This document shows positions 50,359-60,895 of a stretch of 64,000 bases of DNA, piece by piece (positions within the stretch are counted from its first letter, which is position 1; every line of letters starts with the position of its first letter). A program made the position numbers and the translations under genes. Under the pieces are notes generated by a model, which saw nothing but the letters and a program-made list of their open reading frames with translations, had not been told where the DNA came from and did not search any database. The stretch is taken from the NCBI GenBank assembly GCA_000092065.1, contig CP000584.1. One strand, 5' to 3'. The DNA comes from Ostreococcus lucimarinus. Lineage: Eukaryota.

Positions 50359-53300
50359 ATGTTGACGAAGTTCGAGGTACGACGCGCGATGTGGCGCCGC
50401 GACGACGCGTGGATCGCGAGAAGTGATCGTCGAGCGGGACTGACGCGCGCGACGACCGCAGACGAAATCGAACCGGGTGAAAGGGTTGGCGTTTCACCCC
50501 AAGCGACCGTGGATTTTGGCGTCGCTGCACAGCGGGGTGATTCAGTTATGGGATTATCGCATGGGAACGCTGATCGATCGATTCGATGAGCACGAGGGTC
50601 CAGTGCGGGGGGTACACTTTCACAGTTCGCAGCCGTTATTCGTGTCAGGAGGTGCGTGATGATGGGGCGAGGCGAAGAGGGCGACGCGCGCGATCGACCC
50701 GAGACGCGATCGCAAACGCGAGGCGAGGAAAATGCGACGGGGGGAGAAATTGAGACTGACCGCGCGCTATTGCGCTGAAACAGGGGATGATTATAAGATC
50801 AAGGTTTGGAGTTACAAGCTCAGACGGTGTATGTTCACGCTTTTGGGTCACTTGGACTACATCAGAACGGTTGAGTTTCACCAAGAGTACCCGTGGATCG
50901 TCTCCGCTTCGGATGATCAGACGATTCGGATCTGGAACTGGCAGAGCAGAAGCTCGATTGCGGTTCTCACGGGACATAATCACTACGTTATGTGCGCGAG
51001 ATTCCATCACAAGGATGACTTGGTGGTTTCGGCGTCATTGGATCAGACGGTGAGAGTTTGGGACATTAGCGGTCTCCGGCGCAAGGCTGTGAGTCCGGCG
51101 GATGAGCTCCGCATGCCGCAAATGAACAACGATCTGTTTGGTGGAGGTGACACTGTGGTGAAGTACATCCTAGAAGGTCACGACCGCGGCGTCAATTGGG
51201 CGGCTTTCCACCCGACGTTGCCGCTGATTGTGTCCGGTGCGGACGATCGTCAAGTGAAGCTTTGGCGCATGAACGACACGAAGGCTTGGGAAGTTGACTC
51301 TCTTCGTGGACACGTCAACAACGTGAGTTGTGTCGCTTTCCATGCCAGGCAGGATGTGATTGTGTCGAACTCAGAGGACAAGTCGATCCGTGTGTGGGAC
51401 ATGTCAAAGCGAGCCGACGCGCAAACCTTCCGACGAGAGAATGATCGGTTCTGGATCTTGGCCGCGCATCCTGAAGTCAATTTGTTAGCCGCAGGCCATG
51501 ACAGTGGTATGATTGTTTTCAAGCTCGAACGTGAACGTCCGGCGTACACCAGCCACCAAGGTAGCTTGTTCTACGTGAAGGATCGCTACTTGCGCCGCTA
51601 TGACTTTCAGTCTCAGCGGGATAATCCGTTGGTGTCCATCCGACGCACCGTTGGAGGTCCCAACTCGAGCCCGAGATCCATGTCATACAACCCAGCGGAG
51701 AATGCGGTGCTCATTACGTACGATGCCGGTGGTGAAAACTACGAGCTTTTCATGTTACCAAAGGATAGCGGCCGAGGCGAAGTCAGTGGCGACTCACGTC
51801 GCGGTAACGGTATTGGCGCGGTCTTCGTGGCCAGAAACCGATTTGCGACACTGGATAAGCAATCGAATAACATCATCATCAAGAACTTGGACAACGAAAT
51901 GACCAAGAAGTGTGCCTGCCCTACCCCGGGCACTGACATGATCTTCTATGCTGGCACAGGATCGCTCTTGTGCCGCTCCGATGAGAAGATGGTGTTGTTT
52001 GATCTCCAACAGCGCGCCGCTATCGCCGAGCTTGCTGCACCACACATCAAGTACGTCGTCTGGGCGTCAGATATGAGCCGTGTTGCTCTGCTGAGTAAGC
52101 ACGCCATCGTTCTCGCGGATCGCAAGCTTGGTCACTCTGTCACGGTGCACGAAACCATTCGCGTAAAGTCGGGAGCCTGGGACGATCACGGTGTCTTCAT
52201 CTACACTACGCTCAACCACATCAAATACGCCTTACCAAATGGTGACTCGGGCATTATTCGCACGTTGGATAACCCCGTGTACCTCACCAAGGTGTTTGGC
52301 AATGTCATTTTCTGTTTGGATCGTGATGGACGTAACCGTCAGCTTCAGTTTGACCCGTCAGAGTACATGTTCAAGCTCGCGCTCAATGCGAAGAGGTTCG
52401 ATCAAGTGCTTTCGATGATCAAAAGTGGACAGCTCTGCGGCCAATCGATCATCGCGTACTTGCAGCAAAAGGGTTACCCGGAGATCGCGCTCCACTTCGT
52501 TCAGGTGAGTTTCTCGTGCAACTTTTTCGGCGCTTTCTCGACGACCTTTTGGCACACGATGATTATCTACAACCTTACGGATCCTTCCTTGGTGAATGCC
52601 GAGAGTCTATGAAGATTTCTTGTTCGCTATTTTTTTGTATGAGTGTTCCAGCGACACTGCATTTGCTGCTCTTTTTTCGCCGACGGCGGCTTGACTAACG
52701 TCTCTATTCTTTTCATAAAACAGGATGAACGCACTCGCTTTGAGTTGGCGTTGGAATGCGGTAACATCGAAGTCGCCCTCACTAGCGCTCAAGAGATCGA
52801 CGACAAAGACACATGGCACAAGCTTGGTGTTGCGGCGTTGAATCAAGGTAACCACCAAATCGTTGAGTTTGCGTACCAAAAGACGAAGAATTTTGAGCGT
52901 CTTTCATTCTTGTACCTCATCACCGGTAACCTCGAAAAGTTGAGTAAGATGTTGAAGATCTCGGAAATGCGCGCCGATGTCATGGGACAGTTCCACAACG
53001 CACTCTACTTGGGTGACGTAGCCGAGCGAGTCAAGGTGCTTGAGAATGTTGGCCACTACCCGCTCGCGTACTTAACCGCCAAGACACATGGATTGGAAGA
53101 CGATGCAGCGCGCATAGCAGAAACATTAAACGAGAACGGTGCCGCTATTCCAGACGTGAGTGGCTTAGGAAAGCTGCTTCAACCGCCCGCTCCCTTGTTT
53201 AGAGGGGATAACTGGCCGTTGTTGCCGGTGTCCAAGGGATTCTTCGAAGGTGTTCTATCTGGCGAGATCGCTGGCGACGAGTACGCTGAAGATGATGTCA

Positions 53301-54463
53301 TGGGCATGGGTGGTGTTGGTCTTGGATGGGGTGACGCTGACATTGATATCGGTGACGACGAGCGCGTCGATCCGCTCGCCAAGGCTGGTATTGCGCCCGA
53401 TGTTGAGTTCGACGACGTCGACAATGAAAACGATGGCTGGGGCATGGATGAATTAGAACTACCGGAAGAGTTGATGGGTGGTGCAGTGGATGACACTGGC
53501 GCTGAAACGTTTCATAGCGATGTCTTCATCGCACCAACCGCCGGCGTTCCGCCGTCGCGACGATGGACTGAGAAGAGTGCCGTTGCCGGCGAGCACGTGG
53601 CTGCGGGCGATTTCGATAGCGCCATGAAATTGCTTAGCCGTCAGTTAGGGATCGTCAATTTCGCTCCACTCAAGCAACATTTCGTGGATTTGGCGTATGC
53701 GTCGCATGTGACCCTCGAGGGCATGCCCGCAAGTCCCAAGATACCGATGCCGCTCGGCCGCGGCTGGTCTTCGCGCGCAACGGGTGTTTTGCCGCCTGCG
53801 ATGATCTGTTCTCCGGAAATTCTCCAGGAACGCCTCAAGTCCGCTTTCAAGTTAACTACTGAAGGCAAGTTTGTGGAAGCTTTGAAAGTGTTTGTCGGTA
53901 TCATTCACGCGATCACCTTGTTGAGCGTGGAGGATCCGAGCGAAGTTGAGGACGTGGAACAGCTCTTGAAGGTGGCTCGCGAATACGCGTGTGCGCTGAG
54001 GATTGAGATTGCTAGAAAGGAAGTCAAGGATGACGCGACTCGACAAGCTGAGCTCGCCGCGTATTTTACGCACTCTGAGATGCAGCCGATTCACCTGTCT
54101 CTTTCTCTGCGATCGGCAATGTCAATTTTCTTCAAGCTGAAGAACTATGTCACCGCCGCAACGTTCTGCCGTCGATTACTTGAACTCAACCCGCCTGTCA
54201 AGGTGGCTACGCAAGCGAAACAAGTGTTACAAGCGTGCGAACGAGCACCTAAGGATGAGGTCGAGGTCAACTACGATCCTCACAATCCGTTCGCCGTTTG
54301 CTCTGCTACCTTTGTTCCAATTTACAAGGGGACGAAGGACTGCGTGTGCCCTACGTGTGGTGCGCACTACGTCGTGGAAGAAGCAGGGAACGTTTGCGGT
54401 GTGTGTAACTTAGGCAAAATCGGAGCGGATGCGACGGGACTGGTGTGTTCTGCGGCGCGTTAG
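50359..54463 (+). CDS. COPA: Coatomer subunit alpha, 4 exons: join(50359..50376,50462..50651,50784..52504,52724..54463), about 1222 aa
   Basis: MLTKFE|[64 protein letters not shown]|[11 protein letters not shown]... reproduces the invariant COPA N-terminus across GT..AG introns. WD40 array, then the coatomer WD-associated region and COPI C-terminal domain. Confidence 0.9.
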
Positions 54464-54610
54464 GCCTTAGCTTTTGAATGACAAAGTCTGTGCTTAATTG
54501 ATACACTCGCGGATTGTTGAGGATACGCGCCGTCACTGCGCGCTCAACTCTCCGCCTAATTCTAGTTTGCATTTCGTTTCTACCAAAGAATATCGACGCT
54601 TTTGATAATA

Positions 54611-55339
54611 TCAAAGCGGAGAAGAATCCGAACTCATCGACACTAGCCCTTCGACGGAGGGAGTCGGCGTGATCCGACTGCGTAAGCGTTCTGAGCTTGG
54701 GTACAAGAAAATAAGAACGACCTGTACGATGGAGAGCACAGAACCGAAAAGATTCGGCGCGGCGATCCACCAGTCGTTCAACGCTATGCCATACGTGGTC
54801 CAGCACAGGCCATTGAGTCCGTTGCAAAACACCAGAGGAAAGTGCATGGACTTTGAATCCTTCGTCCTGACGACTTCCGCCATCGTCGACAGCGGCGCCG
54901 AGTAGTACACCACCAGAATCAAGTTTGCCAAGATCCCAGCCACCACAAGGCGCGCGCTCTCGCTCGAATTCTTCATCACACAACTCACTACCATCCCTAT
55001 GAAACTAACCAAGATGATTAATACCGCAACTATGCGTTCCATCGTTCCCCGTATCTTCTCGTCGAGCGCATACGCCACAAAAGAGTAATACGTCCCGCAA
55101 AAGTATCCAGTAAAGTTTGGAATATACACCCAATAGTTCCCACTGATACCACCGTAAATCATCCACGCCGCGCAATTCGCCGCCACGAACGGATACGGCA
55201 GCGCGTTCAGGTGTCCGAGCGAGCGCTTCGTCTTGCACCGCTCGATTTCCGGGAACGGGCTCAGAAACATGACCTGGGCCAACGCGCTCCCCAACGCCGG
55301 CGCGAACCAAAGCGTGAGGGCATCTCGCGTGTCGCCCAT
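54611..55339 (-). CDS. SWEET: SWEET (MtN3/saliva, PQ-loop) sugar transporter, 7 TM
   Basis: Two MtN3 repeats (FLSPFPEIERCKTKRSLGHLNALPYPFVAANCAAWMIYG and YYSAPLSTMAEVVRTKDSKSMHFPLVFCNGLNGLCWTTYG). Confidence 0.8.
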   Translation of the reverse strand: MGDTRDALTLWFAPALGSALAQVMFLSPFPEIERCKTKRSLGHLNALPYPFVAANCAAWMIYGGISGNYWVYIPNFTGYFCGTYYSFVAYALDEKIRGTMERIVAVLIILVSFIGMVVSCVMKNSSESARLVVAGILANLILVVYYSAPLSTMAEVVRTKDSKSMHFPLVFCNGLNGLCWTTYGIALNDWWIAAPNLFGSVLSIVQVVLIFLYPSSERLRSRITPTPSVEGLVSMSSDSSPL

Positions 55340-55508
55340 GACGCGCGACGTGTGACGCACGTACGCTTACGTCGCGCACCTCGTCCTCGTGACCGTGCGA
55401 ACGCGCTGATGCGCGGCAACGCGGCGCACTTTGACGTCCGACGCGTTTGTCCCGCTCGAGACACTTTTTTGCCCGCACGCTCGGGACACCGCGACGCGCG
55501 TGTCGGCG

Positions 55509-55748
55509 ATGCACCCGCCGCTGACGCTGGACAAGCACCCGATCTGCCGCGAAGCCGTCATCGCTCTCAAGCGCTGTCACGCCGAAAACGCCCTGGGCAA
55601 GTTCCTCGGGAAGTGCAACGAAGAAAAGTGGACGCTCGACGCGTGCCTGAAGGAGCAAAAGCTGTGGAAGAGTCGAAGAAACTTGAAGCTCGCGCGCGAG
55701 TCCAAGGCGCGATTGGCGAAAAAACTCGAGGAAGAGCGAGCGAAGTGA
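55509..55748 (+). CDS. CMC2: COX assembly mitochondrial protein CMC2-like (twin Cx9C)
   Basis: MHPPLTLDKHPICREAVIALKRCHAENALGKFLGKCNEEKWTLDACLKEQ aligns with human CMC2 ([51 protein letters not shown]). Two Cx9C motifs. Confidence 0.7.
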   Translation: MHPPLTLDKHPICREAVIALKRCHAENALGKFLGKCNEEKWTLDACLKEQKLWKSRRNLKLARESKARLAKKLEEERAK

Positions 55749-55759
55749 GACCTCGAGCG

Positions 55760-56332
55760 ATGACGAGGGTTCTCATCGGAGTGTCAGGATCCGTGGCGGC
55801 GATCAAGTTCGACGAGCTCGCGCGCGAGCGGTGGAGCGCGAGCGGCGAGTGTGAGGTTCGGTTCGTGTTCACAGATAACGCGTTGAAGTTCATCGATGCG
55901 GAAGATATCGCACGAGCGGAAGAAAATAACATAAAAACTTTCACCGATCACGACGAGTGGCGTGAATGGGGCGAAAAGGGCGATCCCGTGATGCATATCG
56001 AGTTGGTCAAGTGGGCTGACGTCTTCGTCTTGGCGCCACTCAGCGCAAACACCCTGGCTAAAATCGCCAACGGGTTGTGTGATAATCTCCTCACGTGTGT
56101 ATTTCGCGCGTGGGATTTTAAAGACCCCGCCAAACGCGTGTTCATAGCGCCCGCGATGAACACAAAGATGTGGGAGAGCCCGTTCACCGAGCGACATTTG
56201 CGCTCGGCGCGCGAGCTCGGCGTCGTCGTCGTTCCGCCGATCGAGAAGCACCTCGCGTGCGGTGACTTTGGCGTCGGCGCCATGGCGGAGGTCTCCACCA
56301 TCGCCGAAGTCGTGCGGTCGCCTCCGGCGTAA
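55760..56332 (+). CDS. PPCDC: Phosphopantothenoylcysteine decarboxylase (HAL3/CoaC flavoprotein)
   Basis: MTRVLIGVSGSVAAIKFDELARE...ELVKWADVFVLAPLSANTLAKIANGLCDNLLTCVFRAWDF...VFIAPAMNTKMWESPFTERHL matches the flavoprotein fold. Begins 11 nt after the CMC2 stop. Confidence 0.85.
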   Translation: MTRVLIGVSGSVAAIKFDELARERWSASGECEVRFVFTDNALKFIDAEDIARAEENNIKTFTDHDEWREWGEKGDPVMHIELVKWADVFVLAPLSANTLAKIANGLCDNLLTCVFRAWDFKDPAKRVFIAPAMNTKMWESPFTERHLRSARELGVVVVPPIEKHLACGDFGVGAMAEVSTIAEVVRSPPA

Positions 56333-56434
56333 CCCGTCCTAGCTCATCATTGTTTCCCCGCGCGTCGTGTGTTGTGCAATAGAGATAGAAAAAAGCGAAA
56401 AAAACCCGACGGCTCGACGTCACCACCATAGCTC

Positions 56435-58030
56435 GTGCGCCTCGCGACGCCACACCGCGCTCGTCGACGATCGACGTCGCGCCGGACGCGCGCGATGCAC
56501 AGAACATTCGTCAGGTCGGCCATGCACCGCCGCGTCGTCGCCGCCGCCGCCGCGCGCACGCGCACGACGTCATCCTCGTCCTCGTCCTCGCCGCTCGCCG
56601 CGAGCGTCGTCGCGCGACGTTGGACGCCCGGACGTCCCGCGCAGCGCGCGACGCTCGCCACGCGAGCGAGCGCAACGAGCGAAGCGCCCGCGTTGAATGC
56701 GTCGGGGGAGACGAACAAGGCGCTGGCGTGGAAGGCGGCGATCGATTTCAAGTTTGTGCGGGACAACGCCGAGTTGGTGCAAAAGAACGCGACGACGAGA
56801 AAGGTGGACGTGGATGTGCAGGAAATCATCGCGAAATACGAGGCGTTGAACGCGTTGAACTTTAAGTGCGATGAACTTCGCGAGCGTCGAAACGCGAACG
56901 CGAAGAGCATGAAGGGGAAGATGGATAAAGAGGTTCGGGACGGGTTGATTGCCGAGGGCAAGGCGATTAAGGACGAGCTCGCGGCGCTCGAAGGCGATCT
57001 CGCCGGACTCGAGAGCGAGTTACAAACCATGGCGCAGAGGTTGCCAAACTTGACACACCCGGATGTGCCGATCGGCAGCGAAGAAAATACGGTGACTCGG
57101 GCGACGGTGGGTGAGCAGCGCGCGTTTACGTTTCCAGTGCAAAATCACGTCGACGTCGGCGAAAAGCTTGGGATGTTCGACTTCGAGACTGGAAGCAAGG
57201 TGAGTGGTAGTCGTTTCGTCTACCTCACCGGTGTTGGAGCTATGCTTGAGTTAGCTCTGATCAACTGGGCGTTCGCCAAGGTTTTGAGCAAAGGTTTCAA
57301 GCCCATGATGGTGCCAGACATGGTGCGTAGCAGCGTGGTGGAGAAGTGCGGATTCCAGCCGCGGGCAGAGAACACGCAAGTGTATAGCATTGAAAACTCC
57401 GATCTCTGTATGGCGGGTACGGCTGAACTATTATTGGGTGGAGTATACATGGATGAAGTTGTGGAAGAATCGCAACTCCCTATCAAAATGGCGGCCTTCA
57501 GTCATTGTTTCCGCACTGAAGCCGGCGCCGCCGGCGCGCAGACTCGGGGCATGTATCGTTTGCATCAGTTTAGCAAGGTGGAGATGTTCGTCGTGGCCAC
57601 GCCTGAGCAATCTGACGCACTTCACGAGGAGCTCATCGGCATCGAGACTGAAATGTTTGCAGAGCTCGGCTTCCACTTCAAAGTTTTGGACATGCCCACG
57701 GAGGACTTAGGCGCACCGGCATATCGCAAATTCGACGTCGAAGCGTGGATGCCCGCGCTCGAACGGTACGGCGAAATTTCGAGTGCCTCGAACTGCACGG
57801 ATTATCAAGCGAGGCGGCTGAATATAAAGTACAGACCGAATGCCGTCGATGGCAAGAAGCAGCCGCTTATGCACTGCCACACTCTCAACGCGACGGCGTG
57901 CGCGATTCCTCGTATGATCGTCACCATCCTCGAAAATTTCCAGCAAGAAGATGGAAGCGTCGTCGTACCCGAGCCGTTGCGACCGTACCTCGGTGGCATG
58001 GATGTTTTGCGTCCGGAAGAGGGGAAATAG
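56435..58030 (+). CDS. SARS2: Seryl-tRNA synthetase (organellar type, with presequence; alternative start 56495)
   Basis: Class II motifs. GAMLELALINWAFAKVLSKGFKPMMVPDMVRSSVVEKCGF...FSHCFRTEAGAAGAQTRGMYRLHQFSKVEMFV...CHTLNATACAIPRMIVTILENFQQEDGSVVVPEPLRPY. Confidence 0.9.
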   Translation: MRLATPHRARRRSTSRRTRAMHRTFVRSAMHRRVVAAAAARTRTTSSSSSSSPLAASVVARRWTPGRPAQRATLATRASATSEAPALNASGETNKALAWKAAIDFKFVRDNAELVQKNATTRKVDVDVQEIIAKYEALNALNFKCDELRERRNANAKSMKGKMDKEVRDGLIAEGKAIKDELAALEGDLAGLESELQTMAQRLPNLTHPDVPIGSEENTVTRATVGEQRAFTFPVQNHVDVGEKLGMFDFETGSKVSGSRFVYLTGVGAMLELALINWAFAKVLSKGFKPMMVPDMVRSSVVEKCGFQPRAENTQVYSIENSDLCMAGTAELLLGGVYMDEVVEESQLPIKMAAFSHCFRTEAGAAGAQTRGMYRLHQFSKVEMFVVATPEQSDALHEELIGIETEMFAELGFHFKVLDMPTEDLGAPAYRKFDVEAWMPALERYGEISSASNCTDYQARRLNIKYRPNAVDGKKQPLMHCHTLNATACAIPRMIVTILENFQQEDGSVVVPEPLRPYLGGMDVLRPEEGK

Positions 58031-58107
58031 GCAGCTGCAGCATATATTTCGTGTGATAATATAAGAGTTATTGATGAATTGACCGATTTACATCGAGCGC
58101 GTTGCGA

Positions 58108-59400
58108 TTAATTGTTCTTCCAGTTCTCGATCCACGCTTGTGCCTCATCAGCCTTAGTGGCAGACTTGGTCGGCTTGGCTGGAGCGCTGGCCACGGTTTT
58201 CGCCGGGGTGCTAGACACTGTGGTAGTCTTCGTCGCCGCCGTCGATACGGACGGTTGACCCTCTCTGCGGTTTGAGTATGCGAACAGACCGAGACCGAGA
58301 CCGGTGGCAATGATGGAGAGCGGGTTCACGCGGCTCACCTTCTTCGGGCGCGGAGCCGGCTTGGCCGCCTTCTTCACCGCCGGCTTGGCAACCTTCTTCG
58401 TGACGGACTTGACCGGTCGGGTAACCTTCTTGGTAGATTTGGTCTTCGCCTTCGCCGCCGCCGGCTTGGTGGTCGTCGCCGTTGCCGCCGCCGGCGTCGT
58501 GGTCTTGATCGGCGTCGTCACCGGCTTTGCCGCCGCCGGCGTGGTGGTCGCCGCCTTGGCCGGCTTGGCGGTCGCCGCCGCCTTGGTCGCCGCCGGCGTC
58601 TTTGTCGCCGCCGCCTTGGTCGCCGCCGGCGTCTTTGTCGCCGGGGCAGCCTTCGGCGCCGGGGCCGTCACAGTCGGGGCCGACTTCTTGGCCGCCGCCG
58701 GCTTTTTCGTCGTCGGCTTCTTGGTCGCAGCGCCCGCCGCTGCCGCCGCCTTCGTTTGGGCCGGAGTCTTCGTCTTCTTCACTTCTGCGGCAGACTTAAG
58801 TGCAGTTCCCTTCAATCGGTTCGGTTCCGCGCGCTTCGGCGCAACCTTTTGGTATCGCGCCGCAGCCGCTTGCTCCAACTCCTTGCGTTGCTTCGGAGTG
58901 AGCGTCGCCTTGGCCGACGTGCGCTTCACCTTGATTTGCACATCCGGCGCAACCTTAGCTTTCGTGGACTTCACCTTTGCCGCAGACTGAACGCCCTCTC
59001 TTCGCGCCGCCGGCGACGTCGCCGTCGTGGCCAACGCCGGCTCCACGGACGTCGTCGCGAGCGTCAGCGCGAGCGCCGCCGCGAACGCCTTCCCCGCTGC
59101 GCCTTCTTCGCTCGCACTCGCGCGCACGACCACCGCGCTTCGCGCGTTGGAACGTCGAACCTACGCGTGTAATAGTTATCTTCGCCGTCAGTCGTCCGTC
59201 TCGCGCGTCTTCGCTCGCGACGCGTCGCAAATCGCCGATAAAGTCGCGACGCGTCCCGATAGATCGTCTTCGCCTCGAAACAACCATCGGCAACGCTCGC
59301 GCGCGTTCTCGAGCGCGATGCGGGCGCGCGCGCGCGCGCGTACCTTGACAACCTTCGTGGGCGTCACTCGCGCGGTGAGCGCGTTCATCGAGGCCAACAT
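58108..59400 (-). CDS. Lys/Ala/Thr/Pro-rich basic low-complexity protein (paralog 1), with transit-peptide-like N-terminus and one C-terminal hydrophobic segment. Proposed 2 exons: join(59400..59344,59160..58108)
   Basis: Main ORF 58108..59133. Upstream mini-exon MLASMNALTARVTPTKVVK with GTACGC donor and CGCGTAG acceptor, in phase. Conserved block AFAAALALTLATTSVEPALATTATSPAARREG is shared with the paralog. Confidence 0.5.
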
Positions 59401-59759
59401 GATCGTCTGAGCGTCGAGAAATAGCGAAAGCCATGACGTCATGCCGACGTCGATCCCCAGCCTCGCCGGCACGCGGGCGCTTTTTGGTCTTTGCGGGACG
59501 CTCGCGGGAAGACGGAGCGAGCGATGGAGCATCGGGACGCTCGAATCGAGAAAAGCGAGCGAACGGCGCGCGCGGTGATCGTAGATAGAGGATATGGACA
59601 GAATGCGTATTGAGAAAGTACTCTCGAGTTCGCCAGTCGACGAGGCGCCGCGGGCGCTAGCGCCCCGGCGAGTCGAGAGAATTCAGAGCCACATTTGCCA
59701 TTTATGCACGCGCGATCAAATATCGACAGCGCGCAATTGAGAGATCACACGCGTATAGC

Positions 59760-60546
59760 TTACTTTCTGCGTTGCGCCGGGGAAGTCGTCTTGGACTTCT
59801 TCGCCGCGACGGGGGCAGTCTTGGAGGACTTGCGAACGGTCTTGACCGGCTTGCGCGCGGACTTGACGGTGCGCTTGACGGTCTTGCGCGCGGCCGGGGC
59901 GGCGGCGGTGCTCGTCTTGGAGCGAACGCGCTTCGTCGTGCGCTTCTTGGTCGTCGCAACCGGGGTGGTCTTCTTCGCCTTGTACGCGGTGGCCTTCTTA
60001 GCCTTCACCCCCGGGGCCGCCGCCGGAGCCGGCTTCGCCGTCTTCGGGGACACCGCCGCGGCCGAGCGCTTGCCCGATCGTCGCGCCGCCGGGGACGTCG
60101 TGGACGTCGCGAACGACGGTTCGACCGACGTCGCGGAGAGCGTCAACGCGAGCGCCGCCGAGAACGCGGCCCGCGCGAAGGACGCGCCTTGAGTTTCGCC
60201 CTCCTCCTTCGCGGCGCGCACCGCGAAGCTCTTCGCCTGCGTCTTGCGTCCCTGTTCGCGTCGCGTTCGCGTTTCGCCCATCGTCAGTCCTCTCGCGGGT
60301 GTTTCTCTCGCGTCTCGCGGGTGTTTCTCTCGCCCGTCCCGTCTCGCTCGCGGTCCCGTCTCGCTCGCGCCTCGTGGATAGGGTCCGCGACGATCGCGCG
60401 CTCGCGCGTCGTCCCTCGCCGCGTCTCGGGTCCGCGCGTCCCCCCTGCGCGACGCGGTCTCCGGTTCGCGTTCGGGCGCGCACCTGCGCGGACTTGGTCG
60501 CGACGCGCGCCCTGAGCGCCGTCATCGAGGTGGACATGGTGAACAT
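59760..60546 (-). CDS. Lys/Ala/Thr-rich basic low-complexity protein (paralog 2). Proposed 2 exons: join(60546..60484,60236..59760)
   Basis: Main ORF 59760..60281. Upstream mini-exon MFTMSTSMTALRARVATKSAQ with GTGCGC donor and ACGCAG acceptor, in phase. Conserved block AAFSAALALTLSATSVEPSFATSTTSPAARRSG. Confidence 0.5.
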
Positions 60547-60895
60547 CGTGCGAGCGTGCTTGCGTGCGGGAAGTGCGGATTCGGATTATTCGGCGGCGGG
60601 ATTCGATGCGCGGCGGGCGATCGCGGGGGGGTCACGACGAGTCACGAACGGTCGATGACGATTTTCGTTCGTTTTCGACCTCGAAAAAGCGCGCCGCGCG
60701 AAAAGACGCGCGGGTCCGGCGATCGATCGGATCGATCGCGCGCGCGATCGACGCCCGCGCGCGGTCGAACTTCGAACGGCGCGCGGCGATGGATGCGGCG
60801 ATGGATGCGCGCGTGGAACGATGCGGATGCGCGCGCGGATGACGGCGTGACGACGGGAGACGACGACGGCGCGACCGGGCGTCGCGTCGGTCGAC

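Noticed and set aside
59188-59532. 114-aa minus ORF upstream of K/A-rich paralog 1 as an independent gene
   Set aside because: Better explained as the 5' mini-exon (from ATG 59400) plus intron of the downstream gene. The same arrangement recurs at the paralog (59998..60546).
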